Of a DNA stretch of 64,000 nt, positions 13,045 through 25,914 are shown one piece after another. The translations under genes and the position numbers were made by a program. Each line of letters starts with the position of its first letter. The stretch's first letter is position 1. Origin of the DNA: Microthyrium microscopicum. Lineage: Eukaryota. A model generated the notes under the pieces. The model worked only from the letters and a program-made list of their open reading frames with translations. It was not told where the DNA came from and did no database searches. Location of the stretch: assembly GCA_010405405.1 (NCBI GenBank), contig MU004236.1:2176070-2240069 (forward strand), in the 5' to 3' direction.

Positions 13045-14148
13045 CTATTTCCTAAATATTCCTACATAACCCTAAGCCCTAACGTGTTCTTTAACATATC
13101 CGCTATGTTAAATATATCCTATAGCTTAATTCCTACTTGCTACTCCCTTACCTAAAACCTTTATTCCTATCCTTAAAAACTGCTTAAAAGACATAGAATT
13201 TTTGTATATATACTACTAGACGTTGTTCGTCTTTAACTAGGCCTTTAAATCACCAAAAAATTCCTTAATAAAATTAAAATCTAGGCAATAAGGCAGTAGG
13301 AATTCTAATCGCACCCTCGTAGTCCTAAATATCTCGCGGACCTCTTTACTATAATAAAAGAATGCATTATCTATAATAATAACGCTTCTAGGAAGAGGAT
13401 ATTGCTAACATACTTTTAGAAGCCTATTCTTATACTACTAAGCAAAGCCTTTACCATCACTATTAGCTTTATAAATATCTACTAAAAGGATGCCTTTATA
13501 CCCATACGTAGGAAAGATATTATACTGTTTAACAGCGTTACTAATATTCTTCAATTTCTGCTTATTAGGCGCTAAGAAGCTTTTAATATTAGACTCAACA
13601 CCTAATTTACTCTACCCTATTGTTCTTAAGACGCTACCAATCTCACACCCTGCTTTATTAACGAAGATAAGCTATTTAGTAGTATATTTAATTATCCGTT
13701 TACGGTATTCAAGACGTGCTTTAGCAAAGCGCTAAGCTATAATAACCTTTAACTATAGAAGGTAAGATTACTACTACTTAAAGATCTAGAGATTACTAAC
13801 CTTCTTTTTAGTATATCTATGCCTATTTAGAACCTCTAAGATAACCTGTCAACTCGTTATAATCTTGAATTTATCTTATATAAACTCTAATATCTTAAGT
13901 TATATTAAATTAGGTCAATAAAGAAGATATTTAAACAGTGCGATTTAAATCTCGTAATCTAGTCGTAGTAGAGGGCCTAGTCTAGTATAAACAAGCTTAA
14001 ACAAGCCTCTTATCTTCAGTGTTCAACGCTAGTATTATACAGTAACTATACTATAACTAACATCTTTTGTAATAACGGCCTTAGAGTATCTAAGCGTTAT
14101 CAGTTCTTGTACCTATTTTCACTATAGATTACTAAGATGTCGACTTAT
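13045..14148 (-). pseudogene. RIP-inactivated Tc1-type DD34E transposase with one probable intron
   Basis: Minus-strand translation gives IFVNKAGC (=VFVDEAG), PLPRSVIIIDNAFFYYS (=VIVMDNASFH) and LEFLLPYCLDFNFIKE (=LPPYSPDFNPIEE). 34 residues separate the second D and the E position. HTH-like N-terminus. Confidence 0.9.
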
Positions 14149-15118
14149 GGAGGAGGTTAAAGAAGAAGGAGGGCATTTAGATAATATCGCAATACTAAAA
14201 ATTAAGAAATTTGAGGAAGATTTGGCTTCAAAATCGATAATATTGTGAACAGGGAAGATGATAGAGTTAGTAAGATTAATCCAAGGGGCTATACCGCAAA
14301 ATTTGCATACTAACGTACTCTCTAGATCTCCGTGCCCTCTAATCACGCCCTGAAGCGCCATTTTAGCATTTTAGGGGGGGATAAGCAGATCCCCGGCAGC
14401 ACTGTAGCAATATATCCAGACTTCAGATCTTATCCATAAGGATGCCACGTGGAGCGCCACATATCAGCGCGCCACGGCTGCCACTTTGGCTTTGCTGGTG
14501 TTTGATAGACGCCATTTTAGGCGATGTGGAAGGCAACCCTGACTGTTGAGGTGGAGGCCAAGGAAACAACAGCTCTCTCTCTATTCTAACCTCACTGCTT
14601 GAGCCGCCAACTTCATCCATACAACAATAGTTGAGCGCGTTCTCATCCATAAATCAATGAAAGTACCTTCAGCAGGCCTCAATTCTTAATATACCCCGTG
14701 GTTGTCACCGTTTCGTCTACTACGTCTTGTCGCTCTAGCTCTTGACCAGCTCTGATCACCAACTATTGATCTATTTCAGCTCTCTCCACAGTCCGTTAGG
14801 TACCAATAGGATGGTTACCCCGGCTTGAGCAACTCAGGTCCTACAGAGCTTGTGTATTGCTAAGTACCACCTATACTTCAATAGAACTCAAATGCTGAAG
14901 GTGTGTTGTTTGCGATCACTTTTCACACCTTTCTTCTTTGCAATATCTTTTATATGTTTAATTGTTTATCAATCCCTTCTCAAGTAATGATCAAGCTTTA
15001 GCCTTAGCTCATATATCTCTGCCTAGACACATTGTTCTTGTTACCTACTAACTTAAGTTTACCAAAGAATGCCTGTCAACCGTTCCAAACGTTTAAGAAT
15101 TTTCTTGGAACCACATGA

Positions 15119-18100
15119 ATGATGTCCGGAAATAATCGCAGCGCCGGGGACCGGGAACTGGACTCAGCAAGAGATACTCTCTGGCACTTTACCGGTGGAA
15201 ACAGGCCTGAATGGATGACTGCAAACTCTGGTCTAGGTCAGTTCGAGTATTGGATCAATTGAACATTACTGAAAGACTAACGCACATCTAGCAAGAGCGG
15301 CTCGACTTTCCAACATCTCGCTCAGTACTTCAAATCCTTCAGTTGCGTCAAGGCAACATGTTCCTGTGCCTGGACCAACTTCGACATCCACCAACACCTC
15401 TGATCATTCTCCTTCAAATTCTTCAGGTGCATTAAATCCAGACAGCACGAGAAGCCCTGCATTAGGTTCAAGTTCCAGACCTGTTAGCATCACTCATTCC
15501 TCGACCATGGTCAGTCCTCAACAGCCGGAATCGGATCGCGAAGTAGACCTTCACGCCAAGTTTCGACAAGCCAATGGTCTTGATACTCAATTGGATGGTC
15601 TCCAGATTAGGCCTATACGTCGCAAAGATAGGACACCCGCCGCGCCCACCCCAGAAACTACAAGTATGAGAAACACCTCCTCGAGAGCGGCTGAGTCTTC
15701 AAGCTCCAGTGCGATTGATACAAGTTCAGCAACTGCCTCGCCCATTGTGTCTTGGACTGAGCAATTAGCCCAAGCCATTTCTTCTCAGGATTCACGAGCA
15801 CCCTCTCATTCTCTGAGCAACGAAGTCACCGAAACCATATCGCCGGTAGCTCGAAGCGGCCTTGAGTCCAGCATGAATCCTCCGGGCCCAGCTGATTCTC
15901 ACGAATCTCGTCCGCTGTCCGTCAATACCAATCTGCCAAGTGCCTCTTCTTCACGAGTCCTAAGCGAAGGGGGCCCAGCGGAAACAGACTCCATCATGTC
16001 GGACGCTTTGCAAACGACTAGTACTATCGCGACGGCTACCTCAGTGCAAGGAGCAACCACAACTATAGAGTCTGGAGAAGAAAGACACTCTAATCAAGCA
16101 ACGCCTGCGCCTGATACCAGCATGACTACTTCTGTTATTTCAGACGGTTTAGGCATTGGCATAAATACCGCCCCTCAATCAACGCCACAACCCATATTTG
16201 TAAATACTGCCGCAGCTCCCATCGACCTTACAGGGTCTCAATCACCGGATCCCATGGTCATGAGTGGCCACCCGAAACGAAAATCCATTGACCAGCAAAC
16301 AGAATCCCTACTGAAGAAACCAAAAAGTGCAGGACCTGGCACTCCTTCCAGCGCGAATTGGTCGCCAACAACCTGGGGAACGATGGGACCACCCCATGTC
16401 TCCCGCCGAACCTCAGCTCAGGCTGCATCCCCTCCACAACAACAAGGCAGTTCTTTCGCTATCCTCCCGTCCTCGACTTTTTCTCACCCAAATCATCAGC
16501 TACAGGCGCAAACATATCGGCAAGCCGCTCCTAGGCGCCAGAATATTCATATGCCGCAGCAGCGTGTTAACGCTGCGGTCCAACAAATTCGGACCATTTC
16601 GCCGCATCAAATTGCCAATAGCGCTTCTCATCCATTCGCAATGACATATCCAGTCGCAAGTAGCGCTGCGTTGAACTACAACCACGTGGATGCTTTTGCC
16701 AGTGTCCAACAAGTGTCTGCTTCGCCAACCTTTAGCCCCACCAGTGGCTATATTCCTGCTTTAGGCACAGGTCCGCAGTCGATGACAGAGCTCTATCGTA
16801 ACCATACGATAATTTTCATCAATACGCAGCCTCAAGAGCACACGCCCTACCACATAAGCCGAGTTACTCCAGCATGGAACGCTCTCAACCAACGTCTGTC
16901 TGCCATTCCCACGAATGATGGTCCTATTCGCGATCGGCTTCGAGTTGTGCACACTGCGTTGCAAGACCATGATCATCTCTTTCTTTTGATGCAGCAACTT
17001 TACTCCTTGAAAATTCTCATGCGGCCTATACCACAGTCGGTTGATGTTATGAGCGGATTCAGAGCTATGTATGGTGTTATGGGCGACACACGTCTTCCTC
17101 AAGCTGCGGAAGAAGCCTTTGCCGAGTTTCCAATCCCTCTGTCGGAATTCGCAATGGTTTATCCTGATATGTATGCTTTCTGGACCAAACAAATTGCACT
17201 CATGTTCTCGAAGATTCAAGAGTTACAACCATTCCATCAACTATGCATCAAGTAAGTTCCCGTCTCATCTTCAATTCCTTCAAGATCAGATATGTTATTT
17301 CTTGTTGGCATGAACAGGAGCAGCTGTTTTCTTGCGTCCACAATTGCGATCCAAAGTTTTATACTAATTTTAGACAGACGCCACTATCCTCCTACTGTAA
17401 AAGAACTTGTCATAAATGCCGCAATCTGCTCCACGACTATGATGCGACTATCCTTCAGATACATTCTGATACAGCTATGGTCACGACCTCCTCACCTTCG
17501 CGATGGCTTCATTATAGAGGCATTCCGGATATTTGATGCCAACCTCTCCGCCATAAAATCAGCCAACACGTTTGAGGAATTCTACGCGGTTGAAGAAGGC
17601 CCATTCATTTACCATCTACAGCTACTAAATCAGCAGTTTGCGGAGAAAAGCCGAGAGCACGCCCAGCAGCTTCAAGCTCAGCAGCAAGTTTCACAACAGC
17701 AAGCTGTGCAAGCTCAGCATCATGCGCACATGCTCGCCCAGCAATCAGCACACCTGGCTGCTCAACAACATCAAACACACATAGTAGCTCAGCGCCAGGC
17801 CGAGATGGACGCTCAACGTGATGCGGACTTGTTTGCTCAAGCAGGTGCGCAAGCGGAAGCTGAGATGACGGCTAACGCTGAAGCACTTGCTCAAGCTCAA
17901 AATCTGGCGGAATCAGCGATTCAAGAGCAGGATGAATGGCAACGTTTCTTGCATAACCCGCAATCCGATTTGGTAGCTCAAGAACCGGCTCAAGAACCGG
18001 CTCAGCAGCAGCAGGCCCATGAACAGGTTCAGTACCAGACTGGAGATCAATTTCAGCAACAGGCTCGCCAGCAAGCCGACGAGCTCCAGACTCAACGCGA

Positions 18101-19733
18101 GGAGGCTTTACAGCAAGCTCAGCGACGACAGCAAACTGAACAACAGGCTCAACAACAAACTCAACAGCCACTTCCAATTCAGACACAAATACCCGCTCAA
18201 ACAAACTTGTTGGTGGCTACTACTACACCTCTACCTGATGATGTGCCAACGGCGGCACCAATCGACACTGACAACAACAATACAAACCTACTTCAAGGAA
18301 TATTTGGGGACGAACAGTCGGGAACTAGAGCTTCTCCAATTGATCAACTCAGCTTAGCGCTGACACTTGGTTCACCAAACGGCGCTTTCGCAGTCCAGCC
18401 AGTTCCCGATAGCAACGTCTTCCAGGTTGATCAAATCATGGCAGGCGTTCCACCAGTTGAAAATCTAGCTCAAAACACAGGATCTATGCAGCGCAATCAG
18501 CGAGTTGAACCGATTTTCGATCTGTCCGCACCCATAATTCCTCCACAGGGTCTTCTCAGTGCACAACCTCGCGAACCTAATGCCATGACACATGCTCTAC
18601 ATCAAGCGCATCTCGCAGAACCAATTCTTCGTGTTATCGACAACAATGGTCTGCCGACCGAGGAGCCATATTGCCAGTACGTTAATGGCGGAATGGCGCA
18701 TGCGTTGAACCCAGACATTGTCCTGGCTAAATTTCACCATGAGCTTTCCGACCAAGACTTCAGTAACAAGGCAAGCGAATCCCATCCAGTCCATACCGTT
18801 GGAACGATCTTCAAGTTCCGCGACTTGCATCCTACATCTCTTCAATATCGAGTCCGTCTGGTTAAAAGCACAGTCCACTCCGAGAGCATTGATCCCTACA
18901 ATCAAGTCGCCACCGGCTTTCCTACTTGGGTTCATCTAATGCTGAATGATGAGCATCTAGAACCACGATTGAAGCTTCACCATGGTAAGAACTTGCCTAT
19001 CGACATCACAGACAAACTACAGAACGGCATCAACACACTCACCGTCTCAATCAACCTTGCCAAAGGCGATCAACAGTCCAAAAATTGGCACGTCCTCTTC
19101 GAACGAGTCGGCCTCACGAATGCAACCCGGATCTACCAATACGCCAGCACCCACAATGCAATAAGCAAAGAGACCGTCTTGAAGGAATTTGCTAGAACCC
19201 TCAGCAGCAACGACGATGACGATGATATAGTAATCATATCCGATTCTCGAGATATCTGCGTCCTCGATCCCCTATCCCAATCGCTAGTCACTGACAAGCC
19301 AGCTCGAGGCAAAGACTGTAAGCATGCGCAATGCTTTAGCTTAGAGTACTTCCTTGAGAGCCGCCTCAAAGTGAAGATGCCAAAAGATGCCAACGACACA
19401 TGGAAACTTCCCAAAACCAATTTGACTCAGGTCGACGTTTGGAAGTGTCCGATCTGCAATGGCGATGTGCGTCCACTCAATCTCTGTATTGATCAGTGGA
19501 TGCTGGGCGTGCGTCAAGAACTAATTGCTATGGGGCGTGAGGATGTTAGTGAGATCACTGTCAAGGCGGATGGAACGTGGAAGCCCAAGGAGTTCAAGGC
19601 GAAGGGAAAAGATGATGAGCGGAATGGTAGAGCGAGTGCTGGTACTAAAAGTGCTACGCCGAAACCGAAGCAGGAGGAGACGTTGGTGAGTAGATTGACT
19701 CTTCCGGATGATGATATTATTATCATCGATTGA
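15119..19733 (+). CDS. MIZ/SP-RING zinc-finger protein (putative SUMO E3 ligase-like), long S/T/Q-rich; 3 coding exons
   Basis: Exon 1 MMSGNN...TLWHFTGGNRPEWM, introns ~15237..15291 and ~17252..17377. C-terminal DPLSQS...PARGKDCKHAQCFSLEYFL...WKCPIC SP-RING motif. Ends with SIM-like DDDIIIID. Confidence 0.85.
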
Positions 19734-21017
19734 AGTTGTGCGGGATCGTTGCTGGTATAAATCATACACTGCCTTGACTGCCAAAGCGACCTCCATCCCC
19801 AGCCCTCAATCATACGACACAAAAACCATATTGTATAATACCACTTGCTTTCTTTATACCCCAGCACAAGCTTAAATAGTTTGATTTTACTCAATGATAT
19901 TTTCCATCAAAAAATCAGAGTCTGATACAGATAATGGGACTTTGGGCACGAGTACAGCGACATATCCCACCACCACTTGTTGAAAATATGGATTTGAAAT
20001 TTTATCGCACTGTAAGAATTATAGGATTTCGAAGGCATCAAATAGAAAATACATAAAGTATAGTAATTTCTACTTGGGTACTATTGAAGCTGTTCGAAGA
20101 CCAGTTGTCAGCTTGATATTGGAGGGGTTGCAAGCACGTCCCCATGGAAAGCGATGGACGTCATCAGAAAGGCAAGAGCCAATGGAAATGCGGCAAGCAC
20201 GACTGGTCGATTGCAACTGCCTCAGGCGGTGAAAAGCCCCCGCGCAACACAGCACAGGTCGCTCTTGCCCTTGCAACCCTGGGCTGCTAGGCTGGGCAGC
20301 CACGACTTCCAAATGGGCAGAGTGCTCTGCCCGCGCCATGTCGCTTTTGGCTGGCGTTGTTGCAGGTCACTCAACCGCTACTGGGCAAGAGCCATCGACT
20401 TCTCTTCCGCAAAATCCTCCTCTCGTCAAAACAATATCTCAACCCTCTACTCCATCCCATTAACTATCACGACTTTCTCGCCCACCGTCTATCCCGACTC
20501 TCTTCGTCTATTGACACCACTCAGTCCTCTACTCTCCATCCAGGTAATGCTGCTCTCCGCCCTTTTCGTCATCCCCCCCTTCCCACTTGCCTGCGCCAGA
20601 GCCCTGTTCCTATCAAAACACCCATCGCTTTCCCGTTATCGAGGCTACCAACGCATGCGCACACTCTAGCCACGCCGTTTGCCGCTTTCAATGGCATCTA
20701 TCCGCCCATCTGCTCAGATCTTGCGACGTGCCGATGGCTGCTTGACTTGTCATGTCCATCTGCTCGCTACCATCCAACCCCCACCGTGATACAAAGATAC
20801 TCAAATGACAGTCAACGCCATGATTCCTCCGACATACCGTGTCGTTGGAACATTGAAATACGCATTCGGGGATTTTTAGCCGCCACAATTGAGCCCATAG
20901 AACATGGTGCCACCGTTTTCGTTTTGAGGCGCTTCACTAACTCTTATTACCGCGCGCACTTCATTTTCGTCGCCCAAAACTTTTGCTAACATTTGCATCT
21001 CTAGAATATACATCAAG

Positions 21018-22047
21018 ATGGCTACTCCGAAGTATGAAGAATCCGTCTTCCTCGCCAAGCTCGCCGAGCAGGCTGAACGTTACGAAGGTATGATGTTTCC
21101 CCCTTGCCTAGTTCCAATCATCTGACCCTGAATAGAAATGGTGGAGAACATGAAGCTCGTTGCCTCGGCCGATCAAGAGCTGTCCGTCGAAGAGCGCAAT
21201 CTCCTCTCCGTTGCTTACAAGAACGTCATTGGCGCTCGTCGTGCCTCCTGGCGTATTGTTAGCTCCATTGAGCAAAAGGAGGAGGGCAAGGGCAACAGCG
21301 ACCAAGTTGGTCTCATCAAGGAATACCGCCAGAAGATTGAGAAAGAGTTGGCTACCATCTGCGAGGATATCCTCGATGTGTTGGATAAGCACTTGATCCC
21401 ATCTGCCCAGAGTGGTGAATCCAAAGTCTTCTATCACAAGATGTATGTTCATAAATTCGTCGCATCCATGTCGAGCTCCCTCTAACAAGGTTATTAGGAA
21501 GGGCGATTACCACCGTTACCTTGCTGAATTCGCTATCGGTGACAAGCGGAAGACTTCTGCTGACAAGTCTCTCGAGGCGTATAAAGCTGCCACAGAGGTT
21601 GCTCACACTGATCTTGCTCCAACCCACCCAATCCGCCTTGGACTTGCTCTCAACTTCTCAGTGTTCTACTACGAAATCCTGAACGCCCCAGACCAAGCTT
21701 GCCACCTCGCCAAACAGGCATTTGACGATGCCATTGCCGGTACGTAACCTCGTTTTTCATTCTCGGGTATTTTACTGATATCATTCGTAGAGCTCGACAC
21801 TTTGAGCGAAGAGTCTTACAAGGATTCCACCTTGATCATGCAACTTTTGCGTGACAACTTGGTAAGTTCCCTTACATTATGTAAGAACGCGAACTAACTC
21901 GACTAGACTCTTTGGACCTCATCCGAGACTGAACCACCAGCAGAGGCCGCCCCTGAGGCTGGCAAGGAAGCCGCTGCTCCAGCTGAGGCATCCTCTACTG
22001 CTGCACCTGCCACGACCGAGGCTGAGGCCGCTCCTAAAGCCGAGTAA
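21018..22047 (+). CDS. BMH1: 14-3-3 protein (ArtA/Bmh1/Rad24 type); 5 coding exons
   Basis: [20 protein letters not shown]...[22 protein letters not shown]...[10 protein letters not shown]...[21 protein letters not shown]...[29 protein letters not shown]. Confidence 0.97.
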
Positions 22048-23105
22048 AGGAATTGATCTTGTCTCTTGCATTTCCTTTAGCCCTCCTGTTTGACATACTG
22101 GTAGGTTGGCGTGTGTACACCCCCTCTTGTTGTTGTTATTGGATGGTGCATTGTGCTTTTCATTCAGAATAGGATACCATTCCCTTAGGGTCGGGTAGCT
22201 ACTAGACTGGAAAGAAATCAAAGTTGTGGTTGTTAGTCTCCTGTTGTTGTTCTCTGATTACCCCATCCATCGACCCCTCAAAATCCCTCTTTACCCACTC
22301 AGCAAGCGATTGGTTTGGAAAAGTGCCCCAAGTCTCATTGAGCCCTCTCCAGTTCTCGATGGATATGTGTCACCATTCAGTCCTTGTAGCCTGGATAGGT
22401 TCGTGGTGTCCCTGGTGTGCTGCTTTCTGTTTTATGCGTGTTTTCTTCCAAATGATTGTAGAGAATGTGGTTGTGGATCTTGTGCTCTGCAGGCAATACT
22501 TCCTACTACTGTAACAGACAAAAAATAAAAACTAGACCAAAAGTGTCTTGTCTACTTTAAATTTCTTTCATTCGTTGTGGTGAAGGTCAAATAGCGCCCA
22601 AAAGAAGCCGCTTCAGAACAGGTTGCCAGAACCCGCTCTCTAACAGCATCCATATTGATCAATGTAGAAACCTAGCTTGGTTCCTTGAAATTTAGCCTTG
22701 GAACTCTTCTAGAAGTCTCGCGATTCAAGATGTTCTAAAGTACATCCAGCCTTGCCAAGCACCATCAGTTATGCTAAAGCAAGGCAGCCAATAAGAGGGA
22801 AAGCTCTGGGATTCCTCCTGCATCATGATATCCGTTGACGCTCACTCTATGATCTACCGTAATCATCAATTCTTCATTTCTTTATAAGGGGGTGTATCAA
22901 AATTCATGATAGTCCTGACATCCAGCCTTGCCAAGAAGCAGGTGTTCTATGGCAGCCAATCATATCGTATAATTCGATATCGCAGCGATCTTCTGCACAG
23001 ACCCCCTCATCACGTGCGCACACTCGCTAAAATCCTCAACACCACAAAGAATTGAACATCGAGTCAATTGCCCACCAACAAATATCTTCCTACAGTACCG
23101 CCAAA

Positions 23106-24368
23106 ATGACGAGCCGTCCAACCGTCACCATCATTGGCGCCGATGGCAAGGGCTCCAACAAGTCCCACCCGCTTCCCGCCGTTTTCCTGGCACCAATCCG
23201 CCCAGATATCGTTCAGTACGGAGCCTTCATGCTAAAATTAATTCCATGGTTATACTGATAGGAAATAGGATCGTTCACACTGGAATGGCCAAGAACAAGC
23301 GCCAGCCATATGCTGTGAGCGAAAAGGCTGGTCATCAGACCTCTGCTGAGTCCTGGGGAACTGGTATGTTGATATTGGCATGGAGCTGACTGAACATCAA
23401 TTAACGCCCTACTTAGGTCGTGCTGTTGCACGTATTCCTCGTGTCTCTGGTAGCGGTACCCATCGTGCTGGCCAGGCTGCTTTCGGTAACATGTGTCGCT
23501 CTGGACGCATGTTTGCGCCCACCAAGGTCTGGCGCAAGTGGCATCAGAAGATCAACCTAGGACAAAAGTACGATATATATTTTATGTACAAGGACATGTT
23601 ACTGATTATAACAGGCGTTTCGCAACCGCTTCTGCCGTCGCTGCTTCTTCCAACGCCGCTCTCCTCATGGCTCGTGGCCACAACGTCTCTGCCGTACCCG
23701 AAGTCCCACTCGTCATCTCCTCCACCGCATTCTCGCTCACCAAGACCGCCGGTGCCGTCAAGCTGCTCCGCGCAGTTGGCGCTGGACCCGATATCGACAA
23801 GGTCAAGAAGTCCAAGAAGCTACGCGCTGGCCGAGGAAAATCACGGGGTCGGCGATTCCGTCAACGACGTGGTCCATTGGTCGTCTACGACGCCGAGGAG
23901 GATGGTTTGGAGCTCGCTCGCAACTTCCGCAACATTCCCGGTGTAGAGTCGTGCCCAGTGCACTCGCTCAACCTTCTCCAGCTCGCACCAGGTGGCCATC
24001 TCGGTCGCTTCATCATCTGGACCTCCGCAGCTTTCGCCGCACTCGACAAGGTGTATGGCTCTACTACTGAGCCATCTCTCCTCAAGAAGGACTTCCTCCT
24101 TCCTTCAGCAGTTGTCAAGCAGCCAGATCTCAACAAGTTGATTAACTCGTCCGAAATCCAGGCTGTATTACGTCCTACCAAGGGCTCTGGTATTCACAAG
24201 CGCACTATTGTGCAAAAGAAGAATCCTCTTCGCAACCATCACGTCATGCTCCGTCTTAACCCATACACTGCTCAATATGCCAAAGATAAGTTGGGTCAAG
24301 CTAAGATCCCACTCGAGAAGAAGAACAAGCTTAACGAGGACTTTGTTACTACATTCAAGTCTGATTAA
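23106..24368 (+). CDS. RPL4: 60S ribosomal protein L4 (uL4); 4 exons
   Basis: [10 protein letters not shown]...[13 protein letters not shown]...[55 protein letters not shown]...[19 protein letters not shown]. Confidence 0.97.
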
Positions 24369-24670
24369 GCGGTGGGTAGGTCATGGGAATGGTGTTCTGC
24401 GGGTTATCCAGTAGGATAGGCTTCTATAAGAGCCGAAATTCAAAAACGATTCATTGATGAACTCCAGTTTCGTGCCATTATATCATTGTGTTCACTATGT
24501 GCTGTGACTTTAAATTGACGGTATGCAAGTCATTCACGGCAGGCTTCGAAGTGAAAAACATAAGCTGGGGTATCATTTTAAAGCTAAATTCGCTTCCTGC
24601 GCCATAAAATAAATGTTCTTCCATGCCGATATAACTGTCAAAGAGCCGTCTCTCCAACTATGAGATCCAT

Positions 24671-25642
24671 TCACCTGAATAGTCTCCGCCCATTCACTCT
24701 CGCCGCCGTATTTTCCTTTCCCTTCATACTCAAACCCAGAAATCCCGCCGCATTCCCCACACTCTCCTTTTTATACCGTCTCAACGCCTCTCTAAAATGA
24801 TCCGGCGTCAACGGTCCACAATCCTGTCTTTTCGTGCGCTCCACAATCGGCGCATTATCATCAATCTTCTCGCCCGTCGGCAACGTCGTGCTCGCCGCCT
24901 GCCATTCGCGCTGCACACCCAACGCCTTCTCGATGAGCTCGCCTAGGAAGATCTTTGTCATGCCGCTGACACTTGTCACGACAGAGGGCGGGACAGATTG
25001 TGAGAGCGTGTGGTTAATTAGTTTGCGAACAGAGGCATTTGATAATTTAGCGCGGCGGAAACGGTCGTAGCGTTCTGTTTGTTCGGGATTGAGTCGGTCA
25101 AGGAGCATACTACCAGACACATGTTAGTCAATGGGATATGCGGGAGGATGCGAGGGTGGTCGTTACTTGTTTCGTTCGCGCTGTGCTTCGGCGCTTTCAT
25201 CATATTCTTCGTTTACTGCGACGAGGCCATCTTCGTCATCTCCGTCTGCTGCATCGTCCGCTTCATTGCCTCCTAAGGCGCTGCCTGCGCGCTCGCCGTT
25301 GACTCCGCTGCCATTGAGGGCGCTGCCATTTACGCCGCTGCCATTGTCGTCGTCGGTTGCTTTGCGCTTGCGGCGGTTGGTGCGCGAGAGGCTGGAGACT
25401 AGGCTGCCGCCGGCTGCGAGGGAGCTTTCGACCGAGGGTGAGCGGGCGGAGGAGAGGGGTGTGCGGGCGCCGGGTGAGAGTGCGGAGACTGGACCGTCGG
25501 GCGGGAAGGATGTTTGGCGGAGATGGGAAGGGCCTGCGCTGGAGGGCTTGCGGCGCTTGGAGGAGGATGGGTTTGTGTTTAGTGCTGGGCGCTTTCGGGG
25601 CAGGTTGAGCGTCATATTGGATGGTTGAGGAGGAGATGCCAT
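24671..25642 (-). CDS. TAF11: TFIID subunit 11 (histone-fold, TAFII28 family); 2 exons
   Basis: MASPP... low-complexity N-terminus, intron 25110..25166, then EQTERYDRFRRAKLSNASVRKLINHTLSQSVP...KIFLGELIEKA...GPLTPDHFREALRRY. Confidence 0.9.
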
Positions 25643-25914
25643 GATTTTGGGATCTAAGAGTAGAAGGCTCTGAGACACTGAGGGAGATACTCGTGTTGTT
25701 GTGGTAGATAATGTGGTTGTTGAAGGTGAATGCTCAGTCTAAGATCAGAGATCTTGAGGTTGAATGTTGAATGTTCAATTTGATATCACGTGACACTCAA
25801 CATGTATGTATGTATGTTTCTAATTTTGAGACGGCTTTGAATTGATCAACGACCAACATCATCCAATTTTATTGATTCAAGGCTAGCAAACCATACAATC
25901 ATTAAACATACTCA

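Larger units (their letters stand above)
10417..14404 (-). mobile_element. Tc1/IS630-family DNA transposon, RIP-mutated, 3988 bp, two ORFs
   Basis: TIR CAGTGCTGCCGGGGATCTGCTTATCCCCCCC(C)TAAAAT at 10417 and its reverse complement ending at 14404. TA duplications at 10415-16 and 14405-06. Interior is TpA-rich and CpA-poor. Confidence 0.95.

Noticed and set aside
20154..20989. 171-aa and 210-aa ORFs upstream of 14-3-3
   Set aside because: They overlap the promoter, 5' UTR and UTR intron of 14-3-3, are low-complexity and show no domain motifs.
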